Positions 58,287 through 64,000 of a DNA stretch of 64,000 bases are shown one piece after another. The first letter of the stretch is position 1. Each line of letters opens with the position of its first letter. The DNA is from Bacteroidota bacterium. GTDB taxonomy: Bacteria > Bacteroidota > Bacteroidia > JABDFU01. The translations under genes were made by a program, and so were the position numbers. A model generated the notes under the pieces. The model saw only the letters and a list, made by a program, of their open reading frames with translations. It had not been told where the DNA came from and made no database searches. The stretch is from contig JACPDY010000098.1 in assembly GCA_016183775.1 (NCBI GenBank), forward strand, positions 13,547 through 77,546, written 5' to 3'.

Positions 58287-59630
58287 ATGGCAACATGGCT
58301 AGAAAAATGGACACCTGAAGACAATAGTTTTTGGGAAGCACAAGGCAGTAAGATCGCCTGGCGAACACTTACAGTAACAACATTTGCTCTGATACTTTCA
58401 TTTGCCACCTGGTTTATGATGAGCGCCATAGTAACAAAACTTCCCGGCATTGGTTTTAAATTTGATAAGGATCAATTATTCTGGCTGGCTGCTATGCCTG
58501 GATTAGCGGCAGGCTTATTGCGGATAGTGCATACGTTTTTGCTCCCGATCTTCGGATCGCGACACGTAATTACAATCTCAACGATCATTAAACTAATTCC
58601 TGCTGTTGGACTGGGCTTGGCGGTTATGGATCCCGCAACTCCTTTTTGGGTATTTATGATCATTGCGTTTACGGCCGGCTTCGGCGGCGGGGATTTTTCT
58701 TCGTACATGCCAAGCACTAGTTTATACTTTCCGAAAAGATTACAGGGAACAGCCTTAGGTATCCAGGCCGGAATTGGAAATTTTGGGGTTAGCGTTGCTC
58801 AATTTATGACTCCTGCAATGCTTGGCATTGCAACATATGGCGCGGCACAAGTATTCACTAAAGTAAATCCTAAAACAAAAGAAATAGTTGGCACCTCAGA
58901 AATATTTCTTCAAAGTGCGGCATTCTGGTACGTTCCCTTATTGATTATTTTGGCAATCGCGTCATGGTTTTTAATTAAAAGTATCCCGGTAAAAGCCTCA
59001 TTTAAAGAACAGCTTGATATTTTTTCGGACAAACATACCTGGTTTTGTACAATAACATACGTGATGACCTTCGGCGGTTTTTCGGGATTAGCCGCTATTT
59101 TTCCGTTGATGATTAAAACAGTTTACGGCGATTTTGCTAATGCTCCGGATCCTTTAAAATATGCGTTTCTTGGACCATTGATCGGCGCCGGCAGCCGGGT
59201 TTTATTTGGATTTATTGCCGATAAAGTAGGTGGAGCCGTATTAACAACATTAACGGGTATAGCATTGATCGCAGGTTGCGTTGCTATGGTTCAAATGGGA
59301 TTGCTGACACCAACATCCGTTGAACAATTTCCAACCTTTCTGTATTTAATGCTTTTCTTGTTCTTCATTACCGGCATGGGCAATGCGGCTACTTTCCGTC
59401 AATACCCCATCATTTTTGGCCACAACCCACGCCAGGCCGCCGGTGTAATTGGCTTTTCGGCTGCCATAGCCGCATTTGGCCCTTTTATTTTCGCAACTTC
59501 TGTTAGCAGTATAATAAAAAGTACAGGGAATGCAAATGGATTTTTTTATGCAATAGCGGCATTTTTTGTACTGGCAACTATAATTAACTGGTGGTATTAC
59601 AATAGAAAAGGATGTGAAAGGCCAAGCTGA
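58287..59630 (+). CDS. narK: Nitrate/nitrite porter (MFS, NNP family), second tandem copy.
   Basis: 12-TM MFS. GFGGGDFSS and GIQAGIGNFGVS resemble NNP signatures. Confidence 0.85.
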   Translation: MATWLEKWTPEDNSFWEAQGSKIAWRTLTVTTFALILSFATWFMMSAIVTKLPGIGFKFDKDQLFWLAAMPGLAAGLLRIVHTFLLPIFGSRHVITISTIIKLIPAVGLGLAVMDPATPFWVFMIIAFTAGFGGGDFSSYMPSTSLYFPKRLQGTALGIQAGIGNFGVSVAQFMTPAMLGIATYGAAQVFTKVNPKTKEIVGTSEIFLQSAAFWYVPLLIILAIASWFLIKSIPVKASFKEQLDIFSDKHTWFCTITYVMTFGGFSGLAAIFPLMIKTVYGDFANAPDPLKYAFLGPLIGAGSRVLFGFIADKVGGAVLTTLTGIALIAGCVAMVQMGLLTPTSVEQFPTFLYLMLFLFFITGMGNAATFRQYPIIFGHNPRQAAGVIGFSAAIAAFGPFIFATSVSSIIKSTGNANGFFYAIAAFFVLATIINWWYYNRKGCERPS

Positions 59631-59665
59631 TTTTCGTAAAATATGATTCTAAAAAAACACTAACT

Positions 59666-60949
59666 ATGAAAACAAAATTAAAAGGCGCAGTGCTTACAGC
59701 TTTGATAGCAACAACAGCACTAACAGCAAATGCACAAATGACATTGACTGGAGAAATAAGGCCCAGGTTTGAATACAGGCACGGATTTAAAGCCCTCTCC
59801 GACTCCGCGATGGATGCGGCCATGTTTGTTTCTCAGCGTACACGTATAAACTTTGGATATAGTAATGATAATTTTAAAACGAAAGTTGTCTTTCAGGATG
59901 TACGTATCTGGGGCAGCCAATCTCAATTGAATTCCACGGATGGATTGACTGCCATACATGAAGCCTGGGCTGAATACAATTTTTCCAAGAAAGTGGCGGC
60001 TAAATTTGGCCGTCAGGAAATCGTTTATGATGATGAACGAATTTTCGGGGGATTGGGATGGGCACAGCAAGGCAGAAAGCATGATGCGGCTTTGTTTAAA
60101 TACAATGACAGCACGTTCATATTACATGTGGGATTTGCATATAATCAGGATATGGAACAATTTAAAACAACCAAATATACTATTGCAAGCAGCTATAAAG
60201 CCATGCAATATTTATGGCTAAACAAAAAATGGCCGAAACTTGAATTAAGCTACCTGGCTCTTACAAATGGACAGCAGTCTTCTGTGACAAATAGTGTTTC
60301 AAGGTATAGTTTTATGACCGGGCCGCATATACAATATAAATCAGGTAAATTAAGTTTGGTTGGAAAGGGATATTACATGGGTGGAATGGATGTCGCGTTA
60401 AATGATATGCAGGCTTACCTGGCAGGAATAGATGTCTCCTACTCAATAACTCCAAAGGTGTCAGCTACATTAGGCTATGAACTTCAGTCAGGACAAAGTC
60501 AAACCGATACCACAAAAGCGTATAAAAAAATCAACCATTCATTCAATCCGCTATTCGGAACGAATCACGCTTTCAATGGCTATATGGATTACTTTTATGT
60601 TGGAAATCATATTAATAGTGTCGGATTACAGGATATATGGCTCAGATTAAAATACAAAACCGAAAAATGGTGGATTACCGCGGATGCCCATATGTTTAAT
60701 GCCGCCGCCGATATTCTTGATACAAAAGAATTTGCGAAATCAGGAAAATATACGGCCATGAATGCCAATTTGGGAACAGAGCTTGATGTTACATTCGCGT
60801 ATAATCTGGCTCCTAATGTTGTGCTGCAGGGAGGTTATTCTCAAATGTTTGGAACAGATAGCATGAAAGCTATAAGGGGTGGAAAAACAAATACCCCAAG
60901 TAATTGGGCATATCTCATGCTCACCTTCAGGCCCAATTTCTTAAAATAA
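59666..60949 (+). CDS. Outer-membrane beta-barrel protein (porin-like) following narK genes.
   Basis: Signal peptide ...ALTANAQ. Alternating amphipathic beta-strand pattern and aromatic-rich C-terminus (LMLTFRPNFLK). Confidence 0.5.
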   Translation: MKTKLKGAVLTALIATTALTANAQMTLTGEIRPRFEYRHGFKALSDSAMDAAMFVSQRTRINFGYSNDNFKTKVVFQDVRIWGSQSQLNSTDGLTAIHEAWAEYNFSKKVAAKFGRQEIVYDDERIFGGLGWAQQGRKHDAALFKYNDSTFILHVGFAYNQDMEQFKTTKYTIASSYKAMQYLWLNKKWPKLELSYLALTNGQQSSVTNSVSRYSFMTGPHIQYKSGKLSLVGKGYYMGGMDVALNDMQAYLAGIDVSYSITPKVSATLGYELQSGQSQTDTTKAYKKINHSFNPLFGTNHAFNGYMDYFYVGNHINSVGLQDIWLRLKYKTEKWWITADAHMFNAAADILDTKEFAKSGKYTAMNANLGTELDVTFAYNLAPNVVLQGGYSQMFGTDSMKAIRGGKTNTPSNWAYLMLTFRPNFLK

Positions 60950-60966
60950 CTCAGCCGAAACTGATT

Positions 60967-60998
60967 AAATAGCCTATTTATCCGGGGGCTATTTTTAT
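60967..60998 (+). terminator. Rho-independent terminator candidate after the porin-like gene (AAATAGCC-loop-GGCTATTT followed by TTT).
   Basis: 8-bp perfect inverted repeat with a 12-nt loop and a T-run, 18 bp after the stop codon. Confidence 0.45.
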
Positions 60999-61002
60999 AA
61001 TA

Positions 61003-61016
61003 TGATTGATATCATT
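61003..61016. promoter_or_regulatory. Candidate Crp/Fnr-family site ATGATTGATATCAT upstream of the hemerythrin-moaA operon.
   Basis: Perfect palindrome ~47 bp upstream of the probable hemerythrin start at 61063. Confidence 0.45.
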
Positions 61017-61062
61017 TTTTGTTTATTTGCACTTACCGTTATTTGCATTAAAACATAACGCT

Positions 61063-61731
61063 ATGATTGATTTGAAACAACTTTCCAAAAGTGATCCTGT
61101 AAAAAGGAACGTGGACAAAGGACTTGAACAGGTAGAACATACACCTATGGATCCGCCTTCGGCATATGAACAGCCGGGAAAAATGAAAGTCGATTTTGAA
61201 AACATGGATAAGCCGCTTCAAACATTTGTTGAAGAACATAAAATAGCGGCGCAGCAGGTTGAAGCATTTGAAAGAGCGCTTGTGCAGTTTAAAACAAGCG
61301 ACTATAAAGTGGATCAAAAGATAAATGAAATATTCGCAACTTTCTTTAGGTATTTTGATTCCGAACTCCTTCCGCATAACGACAAAGAAGAGAAGGCACT
61401 ATTTCCACTCCTCAACAAAAGATTGATTGAAGCGGGAGAGCATAGTACAGGCGAAACTAAATTAACGGCCATTGATGTAATGGAAGACGACCATGTGAAA
61501 TTTATTCAGTTGGGTGCTTTGTCTTTTAATTTTTTCGGACTCGCGACCAGGATTAAAGATGAAGGATCAAAAATGTTCATTCTTGACACAGCCTACGAAA
61601 CGGCCCGTGAATTGATCGAACTTCTTAAACTTCATATATACCGGGAGGATTACACATTGTTTCCACTGGCTCAAAAATACCTGAGCAAGGATGAATTTGA
61701 TGCCATTGAAAAAGAAATGCACAGCCACTAA
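61063..61731 (+). CDS. Hemerythrin-like HHE cation-binding domain protein.
   Basis: LPHNDKEEKALFPLL and HIYREDYTLFPLA repeats match the hemerythrin H-x-x-x-E ... LFP pattern. Start moved to the internal Met because the ORF's N-terminal 19 aa overlap the palindromic site. Confidence 0.65.
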   Translation: MIDLKQLSKSDPVKRNVDKGLEQVEHTPMDPPSAYEQPGKMKVDFENMDKPLQTFVEEHKIAAQQVEAFERALVQFKTSDYKVDQKINEIFATFFRYFDSELLPHNDKEEKALFPLLNKRLIEAGEHSTGETKLTAIDVMEDDHVKFIQLGALSFNFFGLATRIKDEGSKMFILDTAYETARELIELLKLHIYREDYTLFPLAQKYLSKDEFDAIEKEMHSH

Positions 61732-62735
61732 TGAGCAAAGATCAAATTATACTCACTGATCAGTTCGGAAGAGTTCATGATTACCTCCGGATATCACTCA
61801 CCGAACGATGTAATCTGCGGTGCTTTTATTGTATGCCGGAAGAAGGAATCCCGCTTCGCCCCCGTTCAGAATTCATGAGCAAAGATGAGATAGTGAGTAT
61901 CACGAATACTTTCGTTGGTTTGGGTGTAAAAAAAATACGGCTTACCGGAGGTGAACCGCTTGTAAGAAGTGACGCGAATGAAATTATCCATGAATTATCA
62001 AAGCTTCCGGTAGAACTTGCTATCACAACAAATGGCATCCTTGTGGATAAATTTATTGCTACATTCAAATCGAATCGGATGAACTCTATTAATGTTAGCC
62101 TTGATTCATTACAGGAAGAGAAATTAAATAAAATTACGCGGCGAAATTATTTTAAAAGTATCTTTTCAAATATTCAAACATTAATAAAGGAAAATTTCCA
62201 TGTGAAACTCAATGCGGTAATTATGAGAGGAGTGAATGATGATGAAATTATTGATTTCATTGAATTTACAAAGGATAACAATGTGCATTTCCGGTTTATT
62301 GAATTTATGCCTTTTGATGGTAATAAGTGGAACTGGAGCAAAGGGCTTTCGTATAAGGAAATGATGGGGATTATAAATGGCGGGTATAAAACAAAAGTGT
62401 CAAAAATTGAGGATAAGAAGAACGATACGGCAAAAAATTATCAAATAAATGGCTACAAAGGAACGTTCGCTGTAATTTCATCCGTTACCAACCCATTTTG
62501 TGATAACTGTAATAGAATACGGCTTACAGCCGATGGGAAATTAAAAAATTGCTTATTTTCGGGTTTCGAAACGGATTTGCTTACTCCACTTCGTGAGGGT
62601 ATTGATATACGGCCATTAATAGCAGAATCGATTTGGAAAAAAAAGGCAAAACGGGCCGGAATGAATACCATTAATCAATTCTCAGCTTCTGCTATATATA
62701 ACAATAACCGGTCAATGGTTGCGATAGGGGGGTAA
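61731..62735 (+). CDS. moaA: GTP 3',8-cyclase (molybdenum cofactor biosynthesis protein A, radical SAM).
   Basis: CNLRCFYCMPEE radical SAM motif, GGEPLVR, and C-terminal CDNCNRIRLTADGKLKNCLF second cluster. Start overlaps the hemerythrin stop (ATGA). Confidence 0.9.
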   Translation: MSKDQIILTDQFGRVHDYLRISLTERCNLRCFYCMPEEGIPLRPRSEFMSKDEIVSITNTFVGLGVKKIRLTGGEPLVRSDANEIIHELSKLPVELAITTNGILVDKFIATFKSNRMNSINVSLDSLQEEKLNKITRRNYFKSIFSNIQTLIKENFHVKLNAVIMRGVNDDEIIDFIEFTKDNNVHFRFIEFMPFDGNKWNWSKGLSYKEMMGIINGGYKTKVSKIEDKKNDTAKNYQINGYKGTFAVISSVTNPFCDNCNRIRLTADGKLKNCLFSGFETDLLTPLREGIDIRPLIAESIWKKKAKRAGMNTINQFSASAIYNNNRSMVAIGG

Positions 62736-62791
62736 GGCCAGTTTTATAATTTAGTTAGTCATATACATTATAAAAAGCCAGTCCAATTAAA

Positions 62792-63451
62792 ATGCAGCAT
62801 ATGTTATACGAGTATTGTTCGGAGGAATGGTATCCGATTATAAACATTAACCAGGTGCTTTATTCCATAAAAGAAGGGGATAAGATATTTTCTCAAGGCG
62901 AGAAGGTTAATGGTATCTATTTCATAAATGACGGATATGTTAAAGTAGTTTCACTATATGATAAAAATAAAGAACGGATATTAAGACTTGCCGGGAAAGG
63001 CAAATTATTGGGGCATAGGGGATTTGCAACTTCTCAATATCCTATATCAGCTATAGCTCTTACGAATACAACGGTTACATTTATTCCAAATAATATTTTC
63101 AGAATCCTGATTAAATCCAATCCGCCATTAAGTATTTATTTAATTGATTTTCTCGCAGGTGAACTTAGGGAATCTGAAGAAAGAATGAAAAGCCTGATGT
63201 ATTCCGACATTAAAAAGCGTATTGCAAAAATACTGATCAAGCTTATTGAATCATTTGGATATGACAAACAGACTCCCCGAAAATTAGCCTATACCTTATC
63301 CAGAAAAGATTTTGCGAATATGGCAGGAACAACGTATGAAACGGTGATCCGGACTTTGGCGCATTTTCAAAAGAAAAAATATATTAAACTCGAGGGGAAA
63401 GCTATTCTCATTGTTAATGCCAAAGAGCTGATAGCTATCAGCGAATTATAA
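62792..63451 (+). CDS. Crp/Fnr-family transcriptional regulator (third paralogue, no N-terminal Cys cluster).
   Basis: cNMP-binding-like domain (FSQGEKVNGIYFINDGYVKV) and HTH (SRKDFANMAGTTYETVIRTL). Confidence 0.8.
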   Translation: MQHMLYEYCSEEWYPIININQVLYSIKEGDKIFSQGEKVNGIYFINDGYVKVVSLYDKNKERILRLAGKGKLLGHRGFATSQYPISAIALTNTTVTFIPNNIFRILIKSNPPLSIYLIDFLAGELRESEERMKSLMYSDIKKRIAKILIKLIESFGYDKQTPRKLAYTLSRKDFANMAGTTYETVIRTLAHFQKKKYIKLEGKAILIVNAKELIAISEL

Positions 63452-63638
63452 GTTGCGGAGAAATATATTTAACGACCGGCAACCACCACACACATTTTCA
63501 CTTCTGTACTTCCCGTTGTAATTTTTCTCCAATTATTTCTCCTTTCGATCCCTCCCATTCACCTTGCTTACAAATTATGACCCCCATCATGTTATTTGAG
63601 AATAAATCAATGCTTCTTTGATAAAAGCAACTGTTATT

Positions 63639-64000
63639 ATGAATGAGATCCATTTACTTTCGGGAGCCGGGGTAACCCGCTCATATAATGAATATAAAGC
63701 CATGGTAGTCCGCTGCTCGGAAACGGGGAGGACAACAGGAAGAGAGGCGCTGCCTGAGCGCATTGAGGCCACCAAAATTAATGTGCAACGGATGAAGCGC
63801 ATTGACAAGCAAATTAAAATCAATGACGTGTTAAGGTTCGCACTCGAAAATATTAATAATAAGTGGACGTGGATTTTAATTGCGGAATCGTGGTGTGGCG
63901 ACGGGGCTCAAAACATTCCGCTTATTGCAATGATGGCCAAACACTCAGTCAATATTGAATTAAAAATAATATTGAGAGATGAAAATCCGGATATTATAGA
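63639..64000 (+). CDS. Thioredoxin-like fold protein (WCGDG motif), 5' partial, runs off the window end.
   Basis: Hand-translated MNEIHLLSGAGVTRSYNEYKAMVV...WTWILIAESWCGDGAQNIPLIAMMAKH. The Cys-x-x-x-(Gly) WCGDG pattern resembles thioredoxin-family proteins. Not in the ORF track because no stop is reached. Confidence 0.4.
   Translation, partial: MNEIHLLSGAGVTRSYNEYKAMVVRCSETGRTTGREALPERIEATKINVQRMKRIDKQIKINDVLRFALENINNKWTWILIAESWCGDGAQNIPLIAMMAKHSVNIELKIILRDENPDII

Noticed and set aside
63587-63823. 78-aa minus-strand ORF near the window end.
   Set aside because: It overlaps the better-supported plus-strand thioredoxin-like ORF (WCGDG motif) and has no features itself.
1-64000. Mobile elements, CRISPR arrays, rRNA/tRNA genes, defence systems.
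   Set aside because: No transposase/integrase-like ORFs, no direct-repeat/spacer arrays, and no tRNA-like cloverleaf candidates noticed. Gene content is uniformly metabolic/respiratory with a consistent regulatory motif, so it looks like core chromosome rather than an island.

Overview
This 64-kb window is AT-rich and single-copy, with no mobile elements, CRISPR arrays, rRNA or tRNA genes. It looks like a Bacteroidetes chromosome: it carries a T9SS C-terminal-sorting-domain cargo protein and a TonB-dependent receptor, and genes are tightly packed or overlapping. Two metabolic themes dominate.

Anaerobic respiration:
- A Thermus-like nitrate reductase locus with a NarC-like dihaem cytochrome c, then narG, narH, narJ, narI, followed by three small membrane proteins (~46.3-55.0 kb, minus strand).
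- Two tandem NarK nitrate/nitrite porters (one fused to a UspA domain), an outer-membrane beta-barrel, a hemerythrin-moaA operon, and three Crp/Fnr-family regulators (two with N-terminal Cys clusters).
- korAB (2-oxoglutarate:ferredoxin oxidoreductase), a hemerythrin and an unusual radical SAM gene at ~7-12.4 kb.

A large gene set matching the class-I (ATP-dependent) benzoyl-CoA pathway of Thauera:
- A xanthine-dehydrogenase-family molybdoenzyme operon whose FAD subunit carries a Cys-rich insertion, like the 4Fe-4S loop of 4-hydroxybenzoyl-CoA reductase HcrB, with XdhC and MocA accessory genes.
- Diverging from it, BcrC/HgdB-like, BcrB/HgdA-like and a large BcrA-like ATPase.
- Further on: a small BcrD-like ATPase, an acyl-CoA ligase, a second HgdB-like protein, a novel ketopantoate-reductase::activase fusion, a thiolase, a Zn-dependent alcohol dehydrogenase (Had-like), a long crotonase of Oah/BamA size, a Dch-sized enoyl-CoA hydratase, and a HAD-ECH fusion.
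- No acyl-CoA dehydrogenase is present.

A perfect palindrome ATGAT-N4-ATCAT (FNR/CRP-type TGAT-N4-ATCA) recurs at least nine times, and in each case I found it in an intergenic promoter region of these operons. This suggests one Crp/Fnr-family anaerobic regulon linking nitrate respiration to the aromatic-CoA cluster.

Other items: a T9SS cargo protein with a lysyl-oxidase-like domain, a NapH-type polyferredoxin fused to TPR repeats, a tryptophanase/tyrosine-phenol-lyase, and a U32 peptidase-family Fe-S protein with a small ferredoxin.

All functional calls come from motifs and remembered family features read from the translations. No database search was possible.
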